This document shows positions 30,814 through 45,510 of a stretch of DNA of 64,000 nt, piece by piece. A program made the translations under genes and the position numbers. This stretch comes from an uncultured Gammaproteobacteria bacterium (GTDB lineage Bacteria > Pseudomonadota > Gammaproteobacteria > Chromatiales > Chromatiaceae). How positions within the stretch are numbered: position 1 is the first letter of the stretch; every line of letters begins with the position of its first letter. The DNA lies in assembly GCA_963716875.1 (NCBI GenBank), contig CAVQUR010000016.1:168632-232631 (forward strand), in the 5' to 3' direction. The notes under the pieces are model-generated. The model searched no databases and had not been told where the DNA came from. It worked only from the letters and a program-made list of their open reading frames with translations.

Positions 30814-31413
30814 ATGCCGGACCCGGATAAACTCGACAAACTGCGCCAGGACATTGTTTTCACCACCCGTCTGGGTGAGTTCGACTTCACCTTCCATTCA
30901 ACCTGGGGCATCTTCTCGCCCCGGGAGATCGACGAAGGTACCCGTCTGTTGATCGAACATATGGTGGTCAAGCCGGACGCCGACTGCTTTGACCTAGGTT
31001 GCGGTTACGGGCCGATCGGTCTCTATATGGCGCGTTGCGCACCCCAGGGCCAGACCCTGATGGTGGACAAGGATTTCATGGCGGTGCATTACAGTAACGC
31101 CAACGCCAAACGCAACCAGCTGAACAATGCCCAGGCCCATTTGAGCAACGGCTTCGATCACATCGACCCCAAACTGCGTTTCGACGTGATCGCCTCCAAC
31201 ATCCCGGCCAAGGTGGGCAAGGAGCTGCTGAGCCTGATCCTGCACGACGCCAGGGCACGGCTGAAGCCGAACGGCAAGCTCTATGTGGTGACCATCAACG
31301 GCCTGCGCCAATACATGAAGCGCAATCTGACCGAGGTGTTCGGCAACTACGACAAGCTCAAGCAGGGCCGAGCCTATACGGTGGCACTTGCGATCAAGAC
31401 GGGGGGTGGTTAG
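30814..31413 (+). CDS. class I SAM-dependent methyltransferase (RsmC/RlmG small-domain type)
   Basis: DLGCGYGPIGL (motif I) and IASNIPAKVG (NPPxH-like motif IV). ATG 30814 is preferred over the TTG at 30778 of the ORF track. Confidence 0.7.
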   Translation: MPDPDKLDKLRQDIVFTTRLGEFDFTFHSTWGIFSPREIDEGTRLLIEHMVVKPDADCFDLGCGYGPIGLYMARCAPQGQTLMVDKDFMAVHYSNANAKRNQLNNAQAHLSNGFDHIDPKLRFDVIASNIPAKVGKELLSLILHDARARLKPNGKLYVVTINGLRQYMKRNLTEVFGNYDKLKQGRAYTVALAIKTGGG

Positions 31414-31589
31414 ATATTTGTCGGAATGCGCTGCGCTTATTCGAACTACGAATTCTCCCCATTTTAATATGCTCCCCTGAGGCGGGTGTCGCAAAAGGCG
31501 CCCGATGCGGTCCATGGAGGGGCCGCCATTTTCGACGGCTGCAAGCCATTGAAAATCAAGGAAACGAGAAATCGCATTTTTCTACTTCC

Positions 31590-31626
31590 GTGTTGTAAAA
31601 GCCCCATGGAAGGACTTTTACAACAC
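31590..31626. other. perfect 12-bp-stem hairpin in convergent intergenic region
   Basis: GTGTTGTAAAAG-ccccatggaagga-CTTTTACAACAC. No U-tract. Flanked by two CCCCTGAGG-like motifs (about 31470 and about 31628). Confidence 0.4.
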
Positions 31627-31669
31627 CCTCCTGAGGGGGGGAAGGGACAAACCTACCGCTTGAGCCGCT

Positions 31670-32440
31670 TTATGGCTTCTCTACCAGCTTCTTCAATACA
31701 TGGGCGACCGCCACCATGCCGAAGCTCGCGGTCACGGTCATTACCGAGCCGAAGCCGCCGCAGTTGAGGGAACCCTCCATGGCGGTGGGTCGGTCCAGAC
31801 AGACCCCACCCTCCGCCGTAGGGAAGATCGGCTGTTCGGTGGAGTAGACCGCCGGTACCTCGAAACGGCGTTTGCTGTTGGCGGGAAAACCATAATCCCG
31901 GCGCAGTAATTTGCGGGTCTTCGACAGCAAGGGGTCCTGTTCGGTCCGGCTTAGATCCGCCAGCCGGATGCGGGTCGGATCGGTCTGCCCCCCGGCGCCC
32001 CCCACCGTGATCAATCGGGTCTTGGCGCGCCGGCAGCCGGCGATCAGAGCCGCCTTGATGCGGAAACTGTCGATACAGTCGATTAGGTAATCAAAACCCA
32101 CCCCGGTCACCAGGCCCAGATTGTCCGCTTCGATGAAGGCCTCCACCGCCTCGACCCGACAGAGCGGATTGATCGCATGTACCCGCAGGGCCATGGCACT
32201 CACCTTAAGCATGCCAAACTGACCCTCCAGCGCAGGCAGTTGGCGGTTGACGTTGGACTCCGCGATATGATCGAGATCGAACAGACTGATGGCCCCGATG
32301 CCGCTGCGTGCCAGCGCCTCGACCACCCAGGAACCGACCCCACCGATCCCGATCACCGCGATATGGGCGGCGCGAAAGCGCTCGAGACCGCTTCTGCCAT
32401 ACAACCTCGCAATACCACCAAAACGACGTTCAAAATCCAT
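31670..32440 (-). CDS. tcdA: tRNA threonylcarbamoyladenosine dehydratase (ThiF-family, TcdA/CsdL)
   Basis: 256 aa, intact. FGGIARLYG..., Rossmann VIGIGGVGSW, DLDHIAESNVNRQ. Confidence 0.85.
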   Translation of the reverse strand: MDFERRFGGIARLYGRSGLERFRAAHIAVIGIGGVGSWVVEALARSGIGAISLFDLDHIAESNVNRQLPALEGQFGMLKVSAMALRVHAINPLCRVEAVEAFIEADNLGLVTGVGFDYLIDCIDSFRIKAALIAGCRRAKTRLITVGGAGGQTDPTRIRLADLSRTEQDPLLSKTRKLLRRDYGFPANSKRRFEVPAVYSTEQPIFPTAEGGVCLDRPTAMEGSLNCGGFGSVMTVTASFGMVAVAHVLKKLVEKP

Positions 32441-32767
32441 CGCGCCACCTCATGATTAGCCCGCCCTGGTGATATTGCACGAGTATTCCCTATCCCCGCA
32501 TGGGACTAGAACGACCGCCAGCCGTGCGGCCAGCGCAGCATTATCCCTTGCTTTTCTAATAGAATTCATTTATAAACTCACCTGCTTTATAAGAATATTA
32601 ATAGTTCCGCAGTTATTTATTTGTCAAATACACTTTGTTTGATTTGGCGTTTTTTTCCTGACAAATCGTCAAAATTCATCCAATCGCAATGCGCATAATC
32701 ATGGAATTTGTCTAACAATCAAAGAGATAATGTAAAGTTGCTAGGCCAAAAAAATCGAGGATCGTAC

Positions 32768-33202
32768 ATGATTGTTATTCGACGCATTGTTACCGCCTGG
32801 TTGCTGCTGGGCATTTGTTCCGTCCAGGCCGAAAGCGCCGATTCCCTCAACATGTTGCAGACTGACTTGTTCTATATCGAACATGACGACGGCCTGGTGG
32901 CAAACATTCCGGCCCATGCAACTCCCGAAACCCTGCAGCATGTCCAGTCATTCCACTCTGAACTGAAAACACGTCAGGCCCGATGTGCCGAAGACTTGGA
33001 AAGCACCCGCTTTAAAACTCAGGATACCCTGATCAGCATCGTGTTACCGGGCGGACTCCTGTACGCCATCAATAAACAGCAACGTCATGAGACGGCCAAA
33101 CAGTCCTATGCCAAGGTCTCGCAGCAGTTGCAGGATCTGCAGCATGATCTGGCCAGGCTGAAGACATCATTCAGCCAAGAAACCTTTGCCTTATTGGACT
33201 GA
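32768..33202 (+). CDS. secreted hypothetical protein
   Basis: ATG 32768 is preceded by GAGGA. Signal peptide MIVIRRIVTAWLLLGICSVQAES. About 144 aa. No recognisable domain. Confidence 0.5.
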   Translation: MIVIRRIVTAWLLLGICSVQAESADSLNMLQTDLFYIEHDDGLVANIPAHATPETLQHVQSFHSELKTRQARCAEDLESTRFKTQDTLISIVLPGGLLYAINKQQRHETAKQSYAKVSQQLQDLQHDLARLKTSFSQETFALLD

Positions 33203-33358
33203 TCTGCTTTCGCCTCAAGCGTCTCTGGCCCCCGACTGACCCGAATGGCGGCCTGCAGCTGACAGTATGCCCAAGCCGGTCGACTGCACAGACGTCTCGC
33301 CTCGCCGGCGTTCCCAGCATATCCTTTAGCCTTGGATGCCATTGGAGGATGAAGTCAG

Positions 33359-34243
33359 ATGCTGGTTCTCGGATTCACTGATTATGAAACCCAAGGTCGC
33401 CGCCTGGCACAGACCTTGTCACTGCCCTTCTCCCGGGTGGAACTGCACCATTTCCCGGACGGCGAAAGCCGGGTCAGGTTGCCGATGGAACTGCCCGCGC
33501 AGGTTATCCTGTGCCGTTCCCTCGACCAACCCAACAGCAAGCTGATCGAACTGCTGTTGACTGCGCAGACCGCCAGACAGGGCGGTGTCGAACAGCTCAC
33601 CCTGGTGGCCCCCTATCTCTGCTATATGCGACAGGATATCGCCTTTAAACCAGGCGAAGCGGTCAGTCAACGGATCATCGGACGCTTCCTGGCCGGCTTG
33701 TTCGAGCGCGTGATTAGCGTGGATGCGCACCTGCACCGCATCGATCGGCTGGAGCAGGCATTGCCCGGCATCCGGGCGTTAAACCTTTCCGCGGCCCTCC
33801 TGTTGAGTGAATTTCTCATGCAGCGAACCCCTCAGGATCAGACCTTGCTGGTCGGACCGGACAGTGAGTCCGCCCAATGGGTCAAGGCAATTGCCCAGAA
33901 TGCCCGGCGGGATTTCGTCATCGCGAACAAACGGCGTTTGGGTGATCACCAGGTTGAGATCACCCTGCCGGATCATCCCTACGCCGGCAAACAGATCTGC
34001 CTGATCGACGATATGATCAGTACCGGAATCACCCTCTGCCGGGTTGCCCAGGACCTAAAAACCCGCGGGGCGGCATCGATCGATGCGCTCGTCACCCATG
34101 CCCTATTCCATACCGAAGCGGCGCAACAGATGCAGGCGGCGGGCATTCGACATATCTGGAGCACTGACAGCGTCACCCATCCCACTAACCTGCTCTCTCT
34201 GAATCATCTATTGGCCGACGCCATCCGGCATAGCGACAGTTGA
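33359..34243 (+). CDS. ribose-phosphate pyrophosphokinase family protein (Prs paralogue-like)
   Basis: 294 aa, intact. FPDGESRVRL, LTLVAPYLCYMRQD, PRPP-binding loop ICLIDDMISTGITL. Confidence 0.75.
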   Translation: MLVLGFTDYETQGRRLAQTLSLPFSRVELHHFPDGESRVRLPMELPAQVILCRSLDQPNSKLIELLLTAQTARQGGVEQLTLVAPYLCYMRQDIAFKPGEAVSQRIIGRFLAGLFERVISVDAHLHRIDRLEQALPGIRALNLSAALLLSEFLMQRTPQDQTLLVGPDSESAQWVKAIAQNARRDFVIANKRRLGDHQVEITLPDHPYAGKQICLIDDMISTGITLCRVAQDLKTRGAASIDALVTHALFHTEAAQQMQAAGIRHIWSTDSVTHPTNLLSLNHLLADAIRHSDS

Positions 34244-34330
34244 TTCAGACCTTGCCCCGGCCATATGGTGCGCGCGCCAAGGCTGCCGGCGAATTCTCCT
34301 TGACGCTGATGACCGGTTTCCTGAAACTGA

Positions 34331-34663
34331 ATCGCATCCTATACGGATTACAACTTCCCGTTTGGAAACCAGGAAACCGACATGAGCTTAGCAACAACAG
34401 GCTCCGGTTGTATCCGTCTGGAGAGCCCCCTGCAACTGGCCGTGTGGGTATTGCAAGAGCATCCGGACTGGAACCCCGCCTCACTCGAACGAGCGATCGC
34501 CAGCGGCCGTGAACGGGTGGTCAAGCTGCTGCAGCCGATTCCGGTCGACTTAATCTACCTGACCGCCTGGGTCGGGGAAGATGGCGTCATGCAATTCCAA
34601 CGGGACATCTACCAGAGGGACCCGCGGGTCGCCGCGGCGCTGGATCACCGCCTGAGCTCATGA
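34331..34663 (+). pseudogene. L,D-transpeptidase (YcbB-type) C-terminal remnant
   Basis: A frame without a proper start reads ..NFPFGNQ..TTGSGCIRLESPLQLAVWVL..PIPVDLIYLTAWVGEDGVMQFQRDIYQRDP. The catalytic SHGC is degenerated to GSGC, the upstream part is missing, and stops lie in all frames before 34331. Confidence 0.5.
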
Positions 34664-34682
34664 GTCGTGAGCCGTCTGATAC

Positions 34683-35543
34683 TCAAGAACCCGTTGGACC
34701 GGGCTCATCCAGGCCGACGGAATTGAGCAGAATCACCTCGATCTCTTCGATGATCTCTTCCTGACGCAACGCGCGGATGCGCCGCTGCAGCCCTGCCGCG
34801 CGCTCTTCCAGGTGACGCACCGAGCCGTCCAGGTGACGGATGCGCCGCTCGTTCTCCGCTTCCAGGGACTGATAGAGCAGCGCGTGCAAGGCGGCATAGA
34901 GATACTGATCAATCAGACCGAGCAGAAACCGCTGGGGCTCGAGATTGAGCAGTGGCGGGAACCCGACCGCTGGCATCTTCGATTGATTGAGTGAAGGGCG
35001 GCAACAACTGCCGCAGAGCGGCTGCTGGCTCTCGGCGTATGATACAGCACAATCAGCGACCGCATGATCTGCTGCGACTGATGGCTATCCAGTTCCCTGA
35101 CGATCGCCTGCAACACCTGTGGGATTTCCTCAGCCACATCGCCCGCCCTCCAGCGCGACCGCGTCGATGGCCGCATCCGCCAGACGTTGACATAGCTTGT
35201 GCCCCACGGCAATGATCAGGCAGCCCTTCTTCGCCTCCTGTTGCGCCAACTCGGAGCGCAGGGCGGCCAGCAGTTTGGCATTGAAATCACCACACAAACC
35301 ACGCCGGGAGCCGATCACCAGATAGACCCGGTTCGTGGTCGCCACCAGCGGCAGCATCTCGGAATGAAAGGTCAGAAAGTCCCGCGCGATCCGTTCGATC
35401 TGGTCCACCACCCGACGCTGGTTTTCCAACAGGCGGGTCAGCTTACGGGTTTCCATGTAGGCGAGATTTTTCATGCTGGAGAGAATCTCGCCGATCTCGC
35501 CCTGCCCGGTGAGGCGTTGTTCCAGCAGACGCCGCTGGCTCAT
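34683..35543 (-). pseudogene. atpG: N-type F1Fo ATPase gamma subunit, at least 3 frameshifts (about 35150, about 35040-34985)
   Basis: The ATG at 35543 overlaps the atpA stop. [48 protein letters not shown].. (tail of ORF 35130-36299), then VAEEIPQVLQAIVRELD.. (ORF 34913-35212), then ..LIDQYLYAALHALLYQSLEAENERRIRHLDG..EEIIEEIEVI (ORF 34683-34976). Confidence 0.75.
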
Positions 35544-37030
35544 CGGGCTCTCTCCCGGTCGCTCTGGAACCAGTTGCTCAAGGCGCTGGACCAGGTCTCG
35601 CGCCCGCTCTCCAGACTGAGGCCGGACTCGGCCACCCAGGGCGTCATAAGAGCCAGCAGGGCTTCGATACGCTCCGGTTCCAGCGCATCGAACAGGCCCT
35701 CGTTGAAGGCGATCAGCCAGGCCAGCTGAAACTCGGCGGAAAGCGGCTGCAGCCGATCCTGCTTGAGGATCTCGCGCAACAGCCGGCCGCGCCGGATCGC
35801 CCGTTCCATGCTCGCCTCCAGGCGGGCGCCGAAGCGGGTGAAGACCTCCAGCTCGAGGAACTGCAGATAGTCCAGTTTCATGCGCCCGGCCTCGGCCTTG
35901 ATGCGCGGATGTTGCGCGGCACCGCCGATGCGGGATACGGAGCGGCCGATATCGATGGCCGGGCGGATGCCGGCGTCGAACAGTTTGGCGTCCAGATAGA
36001 TCTGGCCGTCGGTGATGGAGATCAGATTGGTGGGGATATAGGCGGCGATCTCGCCCTGACTGGTCTCGACGATCGGCAACGCGGTCATGCTGCCGCCGCC
36101 GCAGGCGGCATTCAGACAGGTGGAACGCTCCAGCAGCCTGGCGTGGATGGAAAACACATCGCCCGGATAGGCCTCGCGCCCCGGGGGACGGCGCAGCAAC
36201 AGGGAGAGCTCCCGGTAGGTGCGGGCATGGGTGGAGAGATCGTCGTACACCACCAGGGTATGGCGGCCACGTTGCATCCAGTACTCGGCGATGGCGCAAC
36301 CGGCGTATGGGGCCAGGTACTGCAAACCTGGCAGCGCACTCGCCTCCGCCACCACCAGGGTGGTGTAGTCGAGTACCTCATAGCGCTTGAGCAGCTGCAG
36401 CGTGTTGACCACCGTGGAGCGCTTCTGGCCGATCAGGACATAGACGCAGTCGACCTCCTTGCCCCGCTGATTGATCAGGGTATCGATGGCGATGGAACTG
36501 CGTCCCAAGCCCTCGTCGCCGATGATGAGCTGACGCTGACCCTTGCCGATGGGGATCAGGGTGTCGAGGATCTTGATCCCGCTATACAGGGGGTCGTTGA
36601 CGAAATCCCGCGCGGTGATGGGGGGGACCTGGTCTCCAGGCGCTGCGCGCAGCGGGCGTCTGGGGCACGGCTGCCCGTCCAGGGGCGTGCCCAGGGGATC
36701 CACGACCCGTCCGCGCAATGTCATCACCCACCGGCAGGCTGAGGGTCTCGCGGGCCAGGTAGGCCGCGGTGCCTGCGGTCAGCGCCGGGGTCTGCTGCAG
36801 CAGCACCGCGCCCACCTGATCCGGCGTCAGATCGAACACCAGGGCCCGGCTGCCATCCTCGAACAGCAGGAGATCGTCGATCGCCGCCGACGGCAGGCCG
36901 CTGACCCAGGCGATGCCGTCACCCACCGAGGTGACGCTGCCGAGCTGCTTGATCCGCAGACCGAAGCGGTAATCGTCCACCCAGCGGGCCTGGCGCTCGA
37001 GCGGGCCTGCGGCGGCTGGGGGATCAGTCG
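35540..37030 (-). pseudogene. atpA: N-type F1Fo ATPase alpha subunit, frameshift near 36720 (N-terminal boundary unresolved)
   Basis: The N-terminal beta-barrel (..[35 protein letters not shown]) is in ORF 36582-37226. The remainder ([38 protein letters not shown]..) is in ORF 35540-36727. The P-loop reads GDEGLGRSS rather than the canonical GDRQTGKT. Confidence 0.75.
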
Positions 37031-38084
<1,054 letters not shown>

Positions 38085-38088
<4 letters not shown>

Positions 38089-38777
38089 GTTCCTTCCTCT
38101 TGTGTTTGTTGCTGTTTGAGTTGCTGTGACTGGATGCCGCCGGCCACATAGATCAGGGCCAGCATGCCGAAGATATAGGCCTGCACCAGGGCCTCGATGA
38201 CATGCAGGACGAGGATCGGTACCGGCACCAGAAACCCGGCCACCAGCAGGATCAGCAGGGCCGCCATCTCCAGGCTCATCATGTTGCCGAACAGCCGCAC
38301 CGCCAGCGCCAGGGTGCGGGTGATCTCGCTGATCAGGTGAAACGGCAGCAGGATCGGACTCGGCCTGAGGTAGTGTTGCAGATAACCGCGCAGACCCTGG
38401 CTGCGAAGGCCGTACCAGTGGGTCGACAGGAACACCAGCAGGGCCAGCGCCAGGCTGGCCGACAGATCCGCGGTCGGCGAACTGAGCCCCGGCACGACGC
38501 CGATCAGGTTGGCGATCACCAGAAACACCCACAGGCCGCCGATAAACGGCAGCAGCTGCCGCTCCTGCCCCGGCGCAGCCTGGGCGATGGCCCGTTCCTG
38601 GACGCTCACCAGGCCTTCCAACAGGGTCTGCAGCGGACCCGGTTCGATACGCAGACGGCGAGTCAGCAACAGCAGCACAGCACCCAGATCACGGCAATGA
38701 TGCCCCAACTGGTCAGCAGAGCGCGGCGTGATCCCCAGAGGACCGAAGTTGAAAAGATGATCTGTCTGTCCATCCAT
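38085..38777 (-). CDS. atpB: N-type F1Fo ATPase a subunit (possibly carrying a compensating pair of indels near 38675-38715)
   Basis: 230-aa open frame. Conserved [11 protein letters not shown] (essential Arg) and [13 protein letters not shown]. Residues about 18-35 read [12 protein letters not shown], while the +1 frame gives the expected hydrophobic [14 protein letters not shown]. Confidence 0.7.
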
Positions 38778-38805
38778 TCTCGCTCCGCAGGTTGTTATGC
38801 TTGGA

Positions 38806-39084
38806 CTAATCCCTGATCATCAGCCAGACGTTGATGCCGCCCACCACCAGCCCCAGGAAGATCAGGCTCAGGGTCCAGCGCATGGAGTAACCCGCCAGCA
38901 TGGCTGTCCAGCCAGAGACCCGAGGTAGGCACCGACGATGACCGGCAGCACGAACACCAGGCCCAGGGTGCCGAGATAGACGGTCTGAGCCAGCAGGGTC
39001 GGACGTTCGCGCTCGGCCCGCATGCAGCCGCTTGGCCTGCTGTTCGACCTTGGCGTGCAGCTGGTTATTTTCCTCTGATTCCAT
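38806..39084 (-). pseudogene. small membrane subunit of N-ATPase operon (AtpQ/AtpI-like), about 2 frameshifts
   Basis: MESEENNQLHAKVEQQAKRL / RAERERPTLLAQTVYLGTLGLVFVLPVIVGAYLG / ..[31 protein letters not shown], assembled from ORFs 38806-39084 and 38868-39095. Its position between epsilon and a matches N-ATPase operons. Confidence 0.45.
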
Positions 39085-39087
39085 CGT

Positions 39088-40879
<1,792 letters not shown>

Positions 40880-40963
40880 GGCGCCCTCGATTGATGTCAC
40901 TGAGTACAGGAGAAAGTATAGTCCAGCAGCCCCTGGGAAGATGGAAATTCCTCCCGGACGGAT

Positions 40964-41975
40964 TCAGCAGACCAGCACCTTGGTCCCCCGTATCGGTCCG
41001 CGACGCAGTTCCAGCAGGGCCCGATTGGCTTCCTCCAGAGGATAAGGCGTCACCTCCGGTTGGATCGGGATGGCGGCGGCCAGGGGCAGGAATTCAGCGA
41101 TGTCTCGCGCCGTGACATTGGCCACCGACTTGATCTCCTTCTCCAGCCAGAGATGCTCGTGGTAGCTGAGCTGCATTAGATACTCCTTGTCGATCTCCTC
41201 CTTGCGGATCGCGTTGATGATCAGGCGCCCCCCTGCACGCAGATTGGCCAGCGCCTCCACCACCGGTTTCCACACCGGGGTGGTGTCGATGATCGCGTGC
41301 AGGGCTTCCGGTGCCCGTTCGGTCGGTAGCTCCGACCCACACCGCACCAAGCTGCAGGGCGAATTCACGCGCCTGCTGGTCCCGGGCGAAGACATAGATC
41401 CGGCTGGTCGGGTAGAGATGCCGGGCCAGTTGCAGCACCAGATGGGCCGAGCCGCCGAAGCCGGTCAGCCCCAGGGCCTGACCATCTTGCAGACCGCGCC
41501 AGTTTCAGGGAGCGATAGCCCACCCCGCCCGCACACAGCAGGGGCGCGGCTTGTAGATCGGAAAACTGCTCGGGGATTGGATAGGCATAGGCCTCCGGCA
41601 CCGTCATGTACTCCGCATAGCCGCCGTTGACGTCCCTGCCGGTGGCGATGAAGTCCGGGCTGATGTTTTCTTCCGCACTGCCGGAGGAGCGATGGATCCA
41701 ACCGACCCCGACCCGGTCATGCCTTCCGAAAACGCTGTGCGCCGGGACCCGACTTGTCTACCCGACCCACCACCTCGTGGCCCGGCACCACCGGCAAACG
41801 GGGCGGCGCGGTGCGTCCCTCGATCTCGTCCAGTTCGGTGTGGCAGACGCCGCAGGCCGCTACCCGGATGCGGATCTCTCCCGGCCCCGGTTCCGGCACG
41901 GGCAGGCTCCGTCAGGGTGAGGGGTGACGTCTCTTCCGCCAGGGAGACGATGCGGGTCATGAGCATGGCTTTCAT
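40964..41975 (-). pseudogene. zinc-dependent alcohol dehydrogenase (MDR family), at least 5 frameshifts
   Basis: Fragments in six ORFs: MKAMLMTRIVSLAEETSPLTLTE / PEPGPGEIRIRVAACGVCHTELDEIEG..VPGHEVVGRV / ..GGYAEYMTVPEAYAYPIPEQFSDLQAAPLLCAGGVGYRSLKLA / ..HLVLQLARHLYPTSRIYVFARDQQAREFALQLGAVWVG / ..ALHAIIDTTPVWKPVVEALANLRAGGRLIINAI..GTKVLVC*. Confidence 0.8.
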
Positions 41976-42050
41976 GGCTGGGTCTGCCTACGAAAAGCAG
42001 CGAATCGGACCGTTCCTGCACTTCTCCGGCAGCATGATTGCTATTGCCAA

Positions 42051-44152
42051 TCACCTTCCAACACGACCACCGAGTGTTCCTTGGCCAGATAGCTTCGGTT
42101 CAACATGCGGCTGCTGGGATGCGCGCGGCATGATGTCATGCGGCGAGGTCTGGAAAGTATCCACGGCCAGCCGCCAGGAGACTCCGGCCAGTTGCGGCAA
42201 CGGTACCTCATGAGGCAAGTCGGACATGTTCAGAATGATGTGGAGATGCGGTTCATCCCGCTGCATGGCCGACAGGGTGAAAATCAGCATCTGAGCTACC
42301 GGATCATCCCATTCCGGCGCGTCCAGATTCTGTCCATACCAGGTGATATCCGCGATACCTGTCAGCGGTACGATTTCGCCGCTCAGAAATTGCCGGCGTT
42401 TCAGGGCAGGATGCCGCCGGCGCAAGGCGATGATCTCCCGCGTGAAGCGCAGCATGTCGTGATTCTGTTCGGTAAGACTCCAGTCAAACCAGCTGATCTC
42501 GTTGTCCTGGCACCAGGCATTGTTGTTGCCTCCCTGACTGCGCAGTACCTCATCGCCCGCCTGAATCATCGGCACCCCCTGACTCAGCATGAGGACCGCC
42601 ATGAAAGTTCTTTGCCTGTCTCTTGCGTAATGCGTCGATCTCCGGTTGCGAGGACTCTCCTTCGACACCGCAGTTCCAACTCAGATTGTTGTCTAAATCC
42701 GTCACGATTTTCCTCGCCGTTGTTTTCATTGTGCTTACGGTTATAGCTCACCAGATCCCATAGCGTGAAGCCGTCGTGGCAAGTCACATAATTGATGCTG
42801 TTAAACGGGTGACGGTCGAAATTTTGATAATAGTCGCTGCTGCCCGCAAAGCGGGTGGCAACGTCCGGAAGAATGCTCTTGTCGCCACGCACAAACCGCC
42901 GTATGACGTCCCGGTAGCTGCCATTCCACTCACTCCAGCGATACCCCGGATAACTGCCTACCTGATACAAACCGGCCGCATCCCAGGCTTCGGCGATGAT
43001 GCGTTTGCGGGCCAGCACAGGCGAGAGTTCAATGCTCCAGACAATGGGAGGATATTCCATGGGTTCGCCATCCATGCCGCGACAAAATACACTGGCCAGG
43101 TCGAAGCGAAAACCATCGACACCCACATCCTTGGCCCAGAATTCCAGGCAGTCCAGCAAAAAGGCGCTGACCAATGGCTGGTTGGTATTGACGGTGTTGC
43201 CGCAGCCGGTGTAATCCCGATAGGCATAACCATTGGTCTCATCCAGGTGATAGAAAAGTTCGTTGCCAAGACCTTTGAAATTGATGGTGGTACCGGTAGA
43301 GCCACCCTCTGCGGTATGGTTGAACACCACATCCAAGATCACCTCGATGCCGGCCTTATGAAAGGCCTCGACCAACTGCATGAATTCCTGTATGTGGGTG
43401 CCCTGCTCAGGGGTCACACAGTATCCCGGATGCGGACAAAAGAAACTGTGCGGACTGTAGCCCCAGTAATTTCTGAGGCCGTGTTGGGCCACATTTTGTG
43501 GCACATCGTCATGATCGAAGGCCATGACCGGCAGCAGTTCCACGTGTGTGACCCCCAGTTCTATCAGGTAGGGGATTTTTTCGATCACTCCGGCAAAAGT
43601 GCCGCGCTTGGCAACTTCCACTCCAGAGGATGGATGCTTGGTAAAACCGCCAACATGCATTTCATAGATGATGTATTCTTCTGATCGATAGCGGGTCTTG
43701 TAAAGCTCGGTATTCGGCTTGGTCTTGCCGATCTGTTCCGGACGATGGGTTTCCACCGCGATGGCCCGCATACTGCGGGGTGATTGACCCGAGTTATCCT
43801 GCCAGCGATCCCAGAGCGCATCCGTTACCGCAGTGGCCCAGGGGTCCAGAAGCTCTCTGTGCCGGTCGAACCTCTGTCCGCGCGTGTTGGGTCCATCAAC
43901 TCGCCATGTGTAGTGGACGCCGGCCTGCAACCCTTCTACAAAGACATGCCAGATTATGAAGGTACGGTTTTTCTTGGGATCGAGTTCAATGATCTGAAAC
44001 GGATCCGGACTGTCATGTGATTTGTACAACAGCAATTCGACCCGTGTGGCGCCTCTGCTCAAGATTGAAAAATTGATCCCATCCGGCAATACCGTAGAGC
44101 CACGCGGAAAATGCAGCCCAGCCGATACGGCATATTGAAATTCATGATTCAT
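42051..44152 (-). pseudogene. glgX: glycogen debranching enzyme GlgX, 2 frameshifts (about 42706 and about 42603)
   Basis: 526-aa ORF (GINFSILSRGATRVELLLY.., GH13 motifs VILDVVFNHT, GFRFDLAS, EAWD, VTCHDGFTL) runs to ..NGEENRDG. Then LDNNLSWNCGVEGESSQPEIDALRKRQAKNF is in the second frame and MAVLMLSQGVPMIQAGDE.. in ORF 42051-42668. ATG 44152 is preferred to GTG 44164. Confidence 0.88.
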
Positions 44153-44551
44153 TAGATTGCCCACACAGTATCAAACGACCAAGGTTAAACAATGACTGAA
44201 GCTAACTGTACACCCAAATGCATGCGTATATACAGCGTGAGGTTTTCGTTGATTCACCAGAGGATATTTGACACTTGGTAATTTAATAATTACCGAATAG
44301 ACAACACCGTTAATGTAGCAGAACAGATCATAACCCTTCTCATGGGGGGTTGAATTCTCATTTTCCCTGAAGTCAATTTTACCTAACCAAAACCATTCCA
44401 TTGGATAAATTGAACAGAATCCGCGTGTAAGTTTCTGGCAATACGCAAATGCGCCCTATCAACATATGAGATATATGACAAGCATCTTTTAATGGCCTCT
44501 GCCGCATAACGGCAAGCTAGAACATCACCAGTGTAACCTCGATAGATTAAA

Positions 44552-45338
44552 ATGAATCGCTGCGTCAGCATATGTATAGCAAAACGCTTTGACTTCTCTG
44601 AGATCCAGCGGCAATTTTCGGATTTAGACCAGGGTACGTTATATCGCGATGCACTCCATCTGGAAGTCGCCGGTGGCCATGCCTTTGTCTTTAGTTACGG
44701 GGTGCTGGTATTGTGGGGTTTGAGTCATGATGCCGAACGCACCCTACGCAGGCGAGTCGCCGGTTTCTGTATCGCTCCTCATGGAGACCCCATCCAGGAC
44801 GAGTTTACCTTTCAACTCGATGCGGAACAGAATCGCATTCACAGCGACCATATCTCACTGACAGGTGATGACGCACTAACCCTGTTGGCGGTTTCCCACG
44901 GTATCGCCCAGTCCAGCAAACTTGAAGAGTTTGAAGGTTATGCGCTACAGACAATCGAGGAAACATCCGACATTCCTCGCAACATGGCAGCAACTGGAAG
45001 CACCAGATTGCCCCGTAAAAACATAGCCCGTATGCGTGGACGATTGTTCCTTGTGGAGAGTGATATCAATCTGAATTTTGCATTGCTGGACACGCCGGAA
45101 TTTTTCTGGGAATACCCGTCGCTTGAAGAATCTTTACAGCATGACGTCACGATATCTCGACTTAGCACCACGGATAGAGGTGCTGAATCGAAAACTCAAT
45201 ATCATTCATGATCTCTTTGACATGTTGGCGGACGAACAGAAGCATAAACATTCATCCATGCTCGAATGGATCATCATCTGGTTAATTGCCATTGAGATTC
45301 TGATATTTATCTTCCATGAATTTCTCAAACTATTCTAA
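44552..45338 (+). pseudogene. RMD1/DUF155-family protein, one frameshift near 45125-45135
   Basis: ORF 44552-45211 (..VFSYGVLVLWGL.., ..RLFLVESDINLNFALLDTPEFFWEYPSLEE) continues as LYSMTSRYLDLAPRIEVLNRKLNIIHDLFDML..C-terminal TM in ORF 45078-45338. Confidence 0.7.
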
Positions 45339-45510
45339 ATCCTTCAGAGTGTTATTGGTAAAATATAACTCATTCGGCTTGTCCAATGCCGTACAATAAA
45401 TCCGAATCGATTCTTTGATTGGGACTTATTGTTGACACGCTATGAAAATATCTCAGATATATTTATCTGATCTATTTTCTTGAATTAAATAGTCTGCTGT
45501 AAAAATCCCT

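Noticed and set aside
35130-36299. 389-aa ORF on the minus strand.
   Set aside because: Only its last roughly 138 codons (from MSQRRLLEQ.., ATG 35543) are the gamma-subunit N-terminus. The upstream part is an out-of-frame overlap of atpA.
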